64,000 bases of DNA, taken from the IMG/VR virus record IMGVR_UViG_3300021599_000885; one strand, written 5' to 3'. Positions 47,602 through 55,246 of the stretch are shown here, one piece after another. Source of the DNA: a virus. The position numbers were made by a program, and so were the translations under genes. The stretch's first letter is position 1; the number at the start of each line of letters is the position of its first letter. Under the pieces are notes generated by a model, which saw only the letters and a program-made list of their open reading frames with translations, searched no databases and was not told the DNA's origin.

Positions 47602-47687
47602 TATTTGTCCAACCACTGAACATACATTGATAAAAATACGGTTGTTAAAGCAATCGCAGCAGTAGTTGATACCATGAACTGTACCAT
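47601..47687 (-). CDS. 28-aa single-pass membrane microprotein
   Basis: MVQFMVSTTAAIALTTVFLSMYVQWLDK; TAATG coupling at both ends. Confidence 0.6.
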   Translation of the reverse strand: MVQFMVSTTAAIALTTVFLSMYVQWLDK

Positions 47688-47785
47688 TACCTTGCTCCTA
47701 CTAATTGTGCTAGTTGGGCTTGATGACGACGCTCTTCTTTTTGTTTTTGCTCTTTAATGATTTGCAAGAAGTTTAGTTTCTTCAT
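47687..47785 (-). CDS. 32-aa basic helical microprotein
   Basis: MKKLNFLQIIKEQKQKEERRHQAQLAQLVGAR; AAGGAGG RBS, ATGA coupling. Confidence 0.65.
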   Translation of the reverse strand: MKKLNFLQIIKEQKQKEERRHQAQLAQLVGAR

Positions 47786-47919
47786 TTGTGCCCCTCCTTT
47801 ACATACTTAACACCACGATAGGTTTCGTTGTATTGTTGGGGTTGTTGCATCATCTGTTGTTGATATGCGATACGCTTTTCGGTATCGTATTCAGCACCAC
47901 GATAAACTACTTTCGACAT
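47782..47919 (-). CDS. DUF4278-like protein (45 aa)
   Basis: MSKVVYRGAEYDT...ETYRGVKY (two YRG motifs); AGGAG RBS; directly 3' of the riboswitch-like RNA. Confidence 0.8.
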   Translation of the reverse strand: MSKVVYRGAEYDTEKRIAYQQQMMQQPQQYNETYRGVKYVKEGHK

Positions 47920-47953
47920 TGGTTTTCTCCTAAAGAAATGAGATGGTTAGTCC

Positions 47954-48125
47954 CGTTCCTTCAGTCGGCTTTTGCGTCTATGAAACAACCTTTCTTTGTG
48001 ACTTGTTCAATTTCTAATATGAGACCAATTTTTTCATGGTCAGTGACGAAGTTACTAGCATTAACTCTACTAATGAGAAGTTGTGCCTGTAAGCAAGATA
48101 AAAAGAGTTGCTCCATAGATGAACG
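47954..48125 (-). ncRNA. glutamine riboswitch (glnA motif)-like unit 2 with ORF in P2 loop
   Basis: ATCGTTC-A-TCTATGGAGCAAC...GTTGTTTCATAGA-CGCAAAAGCCGACTGAAG-GAACG. Confidence 0.75.
47961..48116 (-). CDS. 51-aa riboswitch-embedded protein
   Basis: MEQLFLSCLQAQLLISRVNASNFVTDHEKIGLILEIEQVTKKGCFIDAKAD; read manually; homologous to 48165-48371. Confidence 0.7.
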   Translation of the reverse strand: MEQLFLSCLQAQLLISRVNASNFVTDHEKIGLILEIEQVTKKGCFIDAKAD

Positions 48126-48128
48126 ATC

Positions 48129-48381
48129 CGTTCCGAGTCGGCTTACTTGCGTCCTATTCAGTTTTTAGCACCTTTGAACAACATCCTTTCGGAGTTCTAA
48201 TAGCAATCGGTCTTCTCTTCTTTGGTCTACTACATCGTCGTTTTTAACGATGTCCATTAGTTCCCACGCTGCGTCACAACTTATAGTCACAGGATATGGA
48301 TTCTGTATAAGTCGTGGCGTTGAAACAGAAAGAAGTGGAACCCATGCTAAAAGCAAAAGTGCTTTAGTCATAGGATGAACG
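48129..48381 (-). ncRNA. glutamine riboswitch (glnA motif)-like unit 1 with ORF in P2 loop
   Basis: CGTTC-A-TCCTAT...ATAGGA-CGCAAGTAAGCCGACTCG-GAACG. Confidence 0.7.
48165..48371 (-). CDS. 68-aa riboswitch-embedded protein with signal-peptide-like N-terminus
   Basis: MTKALLLLAWVPLLSV...ISCDAAWELM...LLLELRKDVVQRC. Confidence 0.7.
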   Translation of the reverse strand: MTKALLLLAWVPLLSVSTPRLIQNPYPVTISCDAAWELMDIVKNDDVVDQRREDRLLLELRKDVVQRC

Positions 48382-48437
48382 TTAGGGGATTATTATACCC
48401 CTATTCATCCTATATAGGTCTTATATGTGTGAAAACA

Positions 48438-48451
48438 GTAACATAAGATAC
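48438..48451. promoter_or_regulatory. putative NtcA binding site
   Basis: GTA-ACATAAGA-TAC (GTA-N8-TAC), between two TATAAT boxes (48466-48471 and 48392-48397, minus strand). Confidence 0.65.
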
Positions 48452-48546
48452 TAAATGGTATCTATATTATACTAAAAAGCGTGAAGATTTGTGAAAACCC
48501 TCACGCAAGAAAATTTTGCCGGAAAAATTATTAGCGATATTGGAAA

Positions 48547-48807
48547 CTACTTTCGCTTTTTCTTTTCAGGCACATTATAACCCCATGACTTTGGATTGAC
48601 TGTACCTTGAGTCCAATCCATTCGTCTTACATCACGATACTTATCCCAATAGTGGTCAAAGATATCAGAGCGAAGACCTTGAACTACATCAAACTTTTCT
48701 TCATCATTATCACCATAAGATACTAGATAAGAATCTCTTGGAAGACTCTTATCGTCAGCAAAAGAAGGATCACAATTTATGTGAATAATATTGATACCCT
48801 TTCCCAT
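48547..48807 (-). CDS. conserved cyanophage hypothetical protein
   Basis: CDP..A.D..LP.DSYLV.Y, IFD.YWDKY. Confidence 0.75.
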   Translation of the reverse strand: MGKGINIIHINCDPSFADDKSLPRDSYLVSYGDNDEEKFDVVQGLRSDIFDHYWDKYRDVRRMDWTQGTVNPKSWGYNVPEKKKRK

Positions 48808-48808
48808 A

Positions 48809-49423
48809 TCAAGAACGATTGCCCCACTGAATATCGGGGAATGCTTCAGCAACATCATCCTGAGTAAGATTGTATTTGTCGGTTAGTTTTTTATCTTTTA
48901 CAAGACAAATAATCTCTGCTTCAAGTGGGTGTAAACCTTGGAGAAGATTGATAAACATACTTTCTCTACGAATGCTGTTCATACTATCATTACCACCTTT
49001 CACAAAGAAATAAAAGTTCTTCGCCTCTTTACGAATAGTAGTTCTAGCCTGCTGATCAGTCACTCCCATTGAGAATGAACCAGTCTCATACATTCTACGT
49101 GTCTCTTGACTGATTTTGGTAGAAAGTGTACCAGAGTTTACAGTTTGTTCATCATAAGAGGAATATGGAACTTCCCCTGGTGGAAGAACACTTACAACAC
49201 TCTCATCAAAGTTCCAAATGAGGATGATCTTAAGAGACATATCCTCATATTTTTTCAGAACTTCGACTTTTTTTGCTTTGGTTTTTTGTTTCGATACTAG
49301 ATCAAGAACCTCAAAAACCAGTGGATTATTAGGGAGTTCTAGTGAGGTAGAAACCTTAACAGTCCTTGGTTTTGTATTGGTAGTGTTACTCGTCGTCTTC
49401 TTCGTCGTTGATTTCGTAGTCAT
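48809..49423 (-). CDS. conserved T4-like cyanophage protein (DUF6433-like)
   Basis: IWNFDES..S.LP.GEVPY, RRESMFI.LL.GLHP.EA. Confidence 0.8.
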   Translation of the reverse strand: MTTKSTTKKTTSNTTNTKPRTVKVSTSLELPNNPLVFEVLDLVSKQKTKAKKVEVLKKYEDMSLKIILIWNFDESVVSVLPPGEVPYSSYDEQTVNSGTLSTKISQETRRMYETGSFSMGVTDQQARTTIRKEAKNFYFFVKGGNDSMNSIRRESMFINLLQGLHPLEAEIICLVKDKKLTDKYNLTQDDVAEAFPDIQWGNRS

Positions 49424-49616
49424 GATAGTTTTCAAAGTTAAATGCAATCACCTCATCTGGAATCAGGTTACCCTGGTTATCGAACATTTCGGGGTGAGGT
49501 CTTGGAATCTCCCGATAGTTCATCATATATTCTCTTGCTACCCAACCACCTATAAGTCCCACAATAAGAAACAATACGGTCATGAATGAACCAAAAACTA
49601 GACTAACTGCTAACAT
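49386..49616 (-). CDS. small membrane protein (cyanophage conserved)
   Basis: TM helix then HPEMFD..GN.IPDE. Confidence 0.75.
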   Translation of the reverse strand: MLAVSLVFGSFMTVLFLIVGLIGGWVAREYMMNYREIPRPHPEMFDNQGNLIPDEVIAFNFENYHDYEINDEEDDE

Positions 49617-49854
49617 TTCTTTTGCCTCGGGAAACTACTATTCTTTTCCTTGACTTAAAGGAAAATTCAAAATAGATGGTAACTTCCCGATTCAGAAAGC
49701 AAACCATCTTTTCGAAGATGATATGGAATGGTTGCGTTTGCTTTCTCTTACCTCCATTAAGCAGTAAATCAACGCCACGGTTTACGTGACTCTTGTTTTT
49801 ATTTATGTTATGACTTGATGACTTGTTGTTCTTTGAGGAATCTGATTGTGTCAA
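49603..49854 (-). CDS. hypothetical protein
   Basis: NRGV.L.L, REVT.YFEF; start uncertain. Confidence 0.55.
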   Translation of the reverse strand: MTQSDSSKNNKSSSHNINKNKSHVNRGVDLLLNGGKRKQTQPFHIIFEKMVCFLNREVTIYFEFSFKSRKRIVVSRGKRNVSS

Positions 49855-50050
49855 CGGAACCTCCTAGCTTTTTATCATCACAAATAACCTGAGGGAAGGT
49901 AGAACCTTCACCAAATTCAGAATAGAATTCTTCTCTAGTAAAGTCCTCACTAAGAGTATACACGACAAACTGAGTGTTTGTCAACTCTAAGACTTTTTTT
50001 ACTTTGTCGCAATATGGACAACCTTCTTTTGAGTAAACTGTAAAATTCAT
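49808..50050 (-). CDS. nrdC: glutaredoxin
   Basis: VYSKEGCPYC, TFPQV, LGG. Confidence 0.9.
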   Translation of the reverse strand: MNFTVYSKEGCPYCDKVKKVLELTNTQFVVYTLSEDFTREEFYSEFGEGSTFPQVICDDKKLGGSVDTIRFLKEQQVIKS

Positions 50051-50052
50051 TT

Positions 50053-50637
50053 TTAGTCGAAAAAGAAAATGTGAAAGAGTCGTGAATCTTCTTTGGTTTG
50101 ACCAAAGTATTTTGATGCTGCGTGAATATTTTGAGCGTCAAAGATGAATAGTCTATTGAAGACATTACCAATAGAGTCAACTAACTCAAACTTGGTTTCA
50201 TCGTAAAAACCACCAGCAAATACATCATCCGTAAAGTTGGGGTCACCAGTTCTCCTAGCACCATTCTTACTAGCGTAAAGAGAAGTTCCTGTACAATAAG
50301 GAGCATCTGGGTTGAGATATATCATAGCAGCCCAGGTTTGACCATCGTGATGATAGACAAGGGCATCTTGTGAGGTACAGTATTGAAAACGACCACACAT
50401 TCCATGAGACTCCCATTCACGGATTTTGATACCCATGATTTTTTCAAATGCTTCTTTTGTTCCAGGAACGAAGTATTGTTCTTTTGAACGACTTCCTTTG
50501 AAATAATTTAAATCTTCAGAAAACTCTTGCTGAAGAGCAAATTCTCTTACAGCATATGGGTTAGCATAAAAATTATCAACAACCCATATAGTTTTCTGCG
50601 ACTGTCTATTTATTGATGAGACTGGAAGGTATTTCAT
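50053..50637 (-). CDS. 2OG-Fe(II) oxygenase-like (DUF6445-like)
   Basis: VVDNFY.NP..VRE.AL, HHD, AAMIYL.PD, GTS, NRL.IFD...H, RLF..FFFD. Confidence 0.8.
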   Translation of the reverse strand: MKYLPVSSINRQSQKTIWVVDNFYANPYAVREFALQQEFSEDLNYFKGSRSKEQYFVPGTKEAFEKIMGIKIREWESHGMCGRFQYCTSQDALVYHHDGQTWAAMIYLNPDAPYCTGTSLYASKNGARRTGDPNFTDDVFAGGFYDETKFELVDSIGNVFNRLFIFDAQNIHAASKYFGQTKEDSRLFHIFFFD

Positions 50638-50638
50638 A

Positions 50639-51754
50639 TCAATTGCATAAGTTTTCACATACGATTTGATGAAGCGATTTTCCATAATCACCGGTATCTA
50701 TATAATAGTTACTATTGACAAGGAAGTGATATGTGGGAAAAGGATTAACTCTGCTCGGATCAATCAATCTTTCCGTCTGCATCTTCATCATCTGATAATC
50801 ACCTAAAGTTCTGTAGCACTCAGATAATCCCACAAGATGTTCATTTCTTGGTGGACACCATTCTTCTGCACGAATATAGCAGTCAATTGCTTTTTCAAAA
50901 TTATTGCAAGTTCGATTCAAGTCTCCCATAGCACATAAAGTAAAATATGCCATCTCATCAATACCAGTTACATATCCAAGTTGATGATAATTAAATCGAT
51001 AATTCAGATACTCTTCATAATAAAATAAAGCACGACGTGCCATCTCCTGATTATGCGTTTCACCTAAAGGATAAGTACCATAAGCAGCATCATTATAACT
51101 TTTAGCAATATACCAGAAGTGATAAACATCCTCTAGCATTGTGTTGTTGGAAATGTGTTGGTTCTCAAGTTCAACAGCATCAGTAAAGAACTTAGTTGGA
51201 TTTACCCAAGTCCGACCATCGTTAATAATGATGTGTCTAAATCCTCTTGCCAGACTTATTCTTGGAAACTCTTCTCCCGTTGGAACACATCCAGGTTTCA
51301 GAATACACTCGTGCCTCTTGTCGTGCCTAAACCTCCAGGGAATTTTTGTATTCCATAGACGGCAACGATACCAAATACAATTATCAGACTGTGCCGTAAC
51401 ATCCCAGGCATCAATTGAAGTATCTTCTAAAACACTCCAATCAAAGTCATCATCAACGTGTAGTTGTTCATCAGCATCAATTCTGAATAACCAGTCACAA
51501 CCGTGGTCAGTCTCTGTACATTTCTGAACCAAGTCATCACTATTCCAACCAGGATAGTGCCATTCTACATTGTAGGTAAATCCAGGAATACCTTTTTGTT
51601 GAAAAAAGTCTTCAACCATCTGTTGAGTGCGGTCGTTACCATTACACTGGATAATCCAATAGTCAATGTGCTTATAACAAGAATTAAGCATTCTCTCAAC
51701 GACGTGCTCCTCATTTCCAAGCATTACATTGAGACATAGTTTAGTTTTCTTCAT
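50639..51754 (-). CDS. GT2 glycosyltransferase with TPR C-terminus
   Basis: LNVM..NE.H..ERML.S, IDADE, HE, FWYIAKSY, TPR helices. Confidence 0.85.
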   Translation of the reverse strand: MKKTKLCLNVMLGNEEHVVERMLNSCYKHIDYWIIQCNGNDRTQQMVEDFFQQKGIPGFTYNVEWHYPGWNSDDLVQKCTETDHGCDWLFRIDADEQLHVDDDFDWSVLEDTSIDAWDVTAQSDNCIWYRCRLWNTKIPWRFRHDKRHECILKPGCVPTGEEFPRISLARGFRHIIINDGRTWVNPTKFFTDAVELENQHISNNTMLEDVYHFWYIAKSYNDAAYGTYPLGETHNQEMARRALFYYEEYLNYRFNYHQLGYVTGIDEMAYFTLCAMGDLNRTCNNFEKAIDCYIRAEEWCPPRNEHLVGLSECYRTLGDYQMMKMQTERLIDPSRVNPFPTYHFLVNSNYYIDTGDYGKSLHQIVCENLCN

Positions 51755-52776
51755 GGCGTTAAAATAGAATCAGATAGTCCAAGTTTCTTCAGTTTTTTAG
51801 CAGTCTTGATGATGGTTTCATCAATCGTCAGATATTCATAAGTAGCAGTTCTTCCAGTGAATACTGTGTTCTTTTCTGCCTGCATCAGAGGTTCATACAG
51901 TCTGAACTGACTGAGATACTCACCAAATATCATTGGATAATATGGATTGTTCACACCATCAACGTGAGGAACAGGATACTCTCTTGTGACAATTGTTGTT
52001 TCTACATCCTGTTTATACCAGTAGGAATGGTCAATTGCACGGTTCCATCCATTCTCTTTATTACATTCATTCAGTTGAATATAAAGAGTTTTAGGGCAAT
52101 AGACGTGTTCAAAATTCAAAGAGCGATAAGTTAATTCGCCAAACTGATAATCAAAGTAATTATCAACCTTACCAGTATAAACCAACAGGTCACACTTGTC
52201 TTTCAGTTTTCTCCACTCATCTCTGGGTGTATCCAAATGAACGGGGATACCATCCAGAATGTTTTCAAACATCCGAACAAATCCATACTTAGGAAGACCC
52301 TGATACTTGTTATTCACAAAGTAAGTTTCTTCACCAGGATTTCTTACTGCTAGTCGTGCAAGAATACTCTGAGGAAGTTCCTCAAAGGGAGTATTCCACA
52401 TCTTTTCAGAATAATCCCTGAAGACTAAATCAATAATTTCTTCATCAGAAAGTCGTCGTCCAATAATTCTATCAGACGTATCATTATAAGGAATGGGGAT
52501 TTTACCCAGTTTAGTATTTGCCCAGACCTTGACTGAGAAATCATTAAACTCCGAAAACTGATGCAACCAGTTCCAGACTTTCTCACTATTAGTATGAATT
52601 GCGTGTGGACCATGTGCATGGACAATACAACGGGTCTTTTCATCAATATAGTCGTAGCAATTACCAGAAATATAAGATCTAGTTTCAAATACTTCTACAT
52701 CCCACCCATTATCTTTTAAAATTCTAGCGGCAGTTGAACCTGCTGTTCCTGCGCCGATTACATATGCAAGTGCCAT
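51751..52776 (-). CDS. glf: UDP-galactopyranose mutase
   Basis: IGAG.AG, SGNCYD, HGPH..HT, YSEK.W, YQGLP..G, LTYRSL, REYP, PYYP, GR.ATY.Y. Confidence 0.9.
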   Translation of the reverse strand: MALAYVIGAGTAGSTAARILKDNGWDVEVFETRSYISGNCYDYIDEKTRCIVHAHGPHAIHTNSEKVWNWLHQFSEFNDFSVKVWANTKLGKIPIPYNDTSDRIIGRRLSDEEIIDLVFRDYSEKMWNTPFEELPQSILARLAVRNPGEETYFVNNKYQGLPKYGFVRMFENILDGIPVHLDTPRDEWRKLKDKCDLLVYTGKVDNYFDYQFGELTYRSLNFEHVYCPKTLYIQLNECNKENGWNRAIDHSYWYKQDVETTIVTREYPVPHVDGVNNPYYPMIFGEYLSQFRLYEPLMQAEKNTVFTGRTATYEYLTIDETIIKTAKKLKKLGLSDSILTP

Positions 52777-52781
52777 AAAAA

Positions 52782-54014
52782 TTAAATTGCAAGAATTCCA
52801 GGGAAACGTTCTTCATCCTTAATTGCTGTCAACCAAGCAGTGACAACAGGAATATGTGGTGCCATTTCCCAAGTATTTAACCGATACGTTTGAAAGCGAA
52901 TATCATAGTTTCTAATGAAGTTTGCTAGCTGTTTGTTGGTATAATACCAGAAACTATGTTCATTCCAGAAGCTAACGTGAGTTGGGTCTTGGAATGCACC
53001 CCTACCATCAGTAGAAGGAACCTCAATCATTGCCCAACCACCGTGTGCAAGGACCCGATGAATTTCTCTCATTGACTTAACAGGGTCTCTCAGGTGCTCT
53101 AGAACATGACTTGCATTCAAAACACCAACACTATTATCAGGAAGTGGGATGCCATCATTCAGGTCACAAGTAATATCAGCACCCTCCTGGTCAATGGTTA
53201 CATAACCAGGACGAGGATAAAGTCCACCACCAATATCAACTTTCAGAAGTCCACGGTCTTCTGCATCTTTCTCTGCAAGTTGATATCCATACTCATAATA
53301 AAGGTCTACGGTCTTAGTTTGAATTTGAGCATTTCTTTCTAGGTAAGTATTGTCACCATAAACCCTATAGATGTAAAGAGGTTTTTGAATATGATACATC
53401 TTCGTATTCAGATAGGTTCTTATCATCAACTCGTGGTCATCACATATACTTAATTGAACATTATGCCCACCGATTGATTGATAAACACTCCTTCTCCAAG
53501 ATCTAACATGGTCAGGAGAATACCAGATGAATGATAATGCCTGACTAGTTGGACGCCAAGAGTTCATCACATAACGGTCTTTACCACGAAAATTGTAGAA
53601 GTAGTAAGACCAACCATGCTGCTCATTATAAGGAACAAAGTTATCATCATACACAGCAACATCACTGTACACAAAACCAACACTCTCGTCTTGGTATGCC
53701 TTGTTAAGTTCTTCCAGACAGTCTGGTGTGATCATATCATCATGGTCAACTTCCACAAGGACATCACCAGAACCAAGATGGAATGCCTTGCTCTTGTGAA
53801 ACCCAACGTTAGGATTATTTTCATTACACTCGTAGATCTTTACCCTCCCATCATTCTCAATTTCTGGAGAGAGTTTGCTACGGTTAAACTTACCATTCAA
53901 CCACAAAATCCACTCCCAGTTCTCATAAGTCTGAGCACACAGACTTTCGTAGAGTTCTTGAAGGTAGGGAGTGTTCTTGTGGGATGGCGAAATAATGCTG
54001 AACTTATAATCCAT
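52782..54014 (-). CDS. GT2 glycosyltransferase plus SAM methyltransferase fusion
   Basis: FSIISP, VDHDD, DDHEL; DIGGG, SHVLEHL, EIHRVL..GG, FQDPTH. Confidence 0.88.
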   Translation of the reverse strand: MDYKFSIISPSHKNTPYLQELYESLCAQTYENWEWILWLNGKFNRSKLSPEIENDGRVKIYECNENNPNVGFHKSKAFHLGSGDVLVEVDHDDMITPDCLEELNKAYQDESVGFVYSDVAVYDDNFVPYNEQHGWSYYFYNFRGKDRYVMNSWRPTSQALSFIWYSPDHVRSWRRSVYQSIGGHNVQLSICDDHELMIRTYLNTKMYHIQKPLYIYRVYGDNTYLERNAQIQTKTVDLYYEYGYQLAEKDAEDRGLLKVDIGGGLYPRPGYVTIDQEGADITCDLNDGIPLPDNSVGVLNASHVLEHLRDPVKSMREIHRVLAHGGWAMIEVPSTDGRGAFQDPTHVSFWNEHSFWYYTNKQLANFIRNYDIRFQTYRLNTWEMAPHIPVVTAWLTAIKDEERFPGILAI

Positions 54015-54045
54015 TCAAGTAAAGGTGATATAGAAGTATTATACC

Positions 54046-54363
54046 TTATGTAGTTGGTTCAGTCAAACTATTTTTTGAAATTTTTGAAACTACTTTTTTT
54101 AACTGATCATTCACTAGATATGGTAGTTCAGTTCCCCTCATGTTCTGAATATAAATTTTTCTACCATCAATATATTTTTTACCATTATCTGGTTTGTAAA
54201 GACCACCCACTAAAGTTATAGGTAGTTTTTCTATCTCACAATTAACCGCATCTAAATCACAATAAAAATTATCAAGTATACTAATATCAGTCAAACCATA
54301 ATTTATGGTTGTGACATTCAACTTCTCACTTAACTTAAAAACATCATTATCAAAAAATATCAT
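54046..54363 (-). pseudogene. C-terminally truncated DUF6445-like oxygenase fragment
   Basis: ILDNFY.D.D.V...DGR N-half only, ends at a TTGACT-N17-TATAAT promoter; no HxD. Confidence 0.5.
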
Positions 54364-54364
54364 A

Positions 54365-54880
54365 TTAATCTGGTTTAGTTGGCCAATTCTCGTGATTTAA
54401 ATCATTAACCATTGGTTTTGGATCACTAATAATAACTGGGAGATCTCGCAATATCTGACGATATGTTGCCCACTCATCTTTCTTTTCTTCTGTTAGTGGG
54501 GAATCTGGAGATTGAGTCCAATCACATCTAGATAAAAGACTATCTCTTATATTTCTAAATTCTTTCCAGTAATTTCTTGCTGCTTCCAATGCCAATTCTT
54601 CTAAAATTTTTTTCTCCTCATTCTCTTTATTTAATGCCTCAAGTTCAGTATCAATTCTTTCCTTTTCATTATTAAAATCCAAAACTGCCTGTTCAAAAAT
54701 ACCCAACTCCTCAATTCTTTTATTGGGAGATCCATCAATATACTCAATCTCACCCCAGGTATCATACCATTGAACAGCATGAATATTTGACGGAATCCAA
54801 GAAAAATCCTGTTCAATATTACGATAAAACTCATTATCAATTCCAATTGTTTTATCACTTGGAATAAGTGTAATTCTCAT
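54365..54880 (-). CDS. tail fibre assembly chaperone
   Basis: IHAVQW; R..RD.LL..CDWTQ.PDSPL...W..YRQ.LRDLP...WP.KP. Confidence 0.85.
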   Translation of the reverse strand: MRITLIPSDKTIGIDNEFYRNIEQDFSWIPSNIHAVQWYDTWGEIEYIDGSPNKRIEELGIFEQAVLDFNNEKERIDTELEALNKENEEKKILEELALEAARNYWKEFRNIRDSLLSRCDWTQSPDSPLTEEKKDEWATYRQILRDLPVIISDPKPMVNDLNHENWPTKPD

Positions 54881-55221
54881 TCTTCTTTACCTTCTTCTAA
54901 GATATTTATAGGTTGATTGAGTGGTGTAATTTGTGCAGGAATAATTTGTTGCTTAAGTGCTTCTTTATAAAGTTCTTGGTTTTGATAGTTTGCTCGCACA
55001 ACTTCATTCCTAAAACTCTCTACTGCTGCTCCAGTCTGATTTGATTTTTGTGCTATTTCAACTGCCATAAAAGGCATCCAAGTTACTGCACACCCCCACT
55101 CATCAACTGGTTCTCCTGTGTTTGGATTAGTACCTCTCATCTGAGTGTACCATGAACACTTAAGACCAATGCAGTCTTTCTTAATAAGTGGACAAAAGTT
55201 TCCTGGTTTAATTTTAGCCAT
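54877..55221 (-). CDS. conserved Cys-containing phage protein (fibre-associated)
   Basis: CPL.KK.C....C.W...RG.NP.TG..VDEWGCA, TGAAVESFRNE. Confidence 0.8.
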   Translation of the reverse strand: MAKIKPGNFCPLIKKDCIGLKCSWYTQMRGTNPNTGEPVDEWGCAVTWMPFMAVEIAQKSNQTGAAVESFRNEVVRANYQNQELYKEALKQQIIPAQITPLNQPINILEEGKEE

Positions 55222-55246
55222 ATCTAAAAATTATATTATATCAGTA

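Noticed and set aside
47788-48168. 126-aa plus-strand ORF
   Set aside because: Antisense to the riboswitch/DUF4278 operon, whose RBS, coupling and terminator all support the minus strand.
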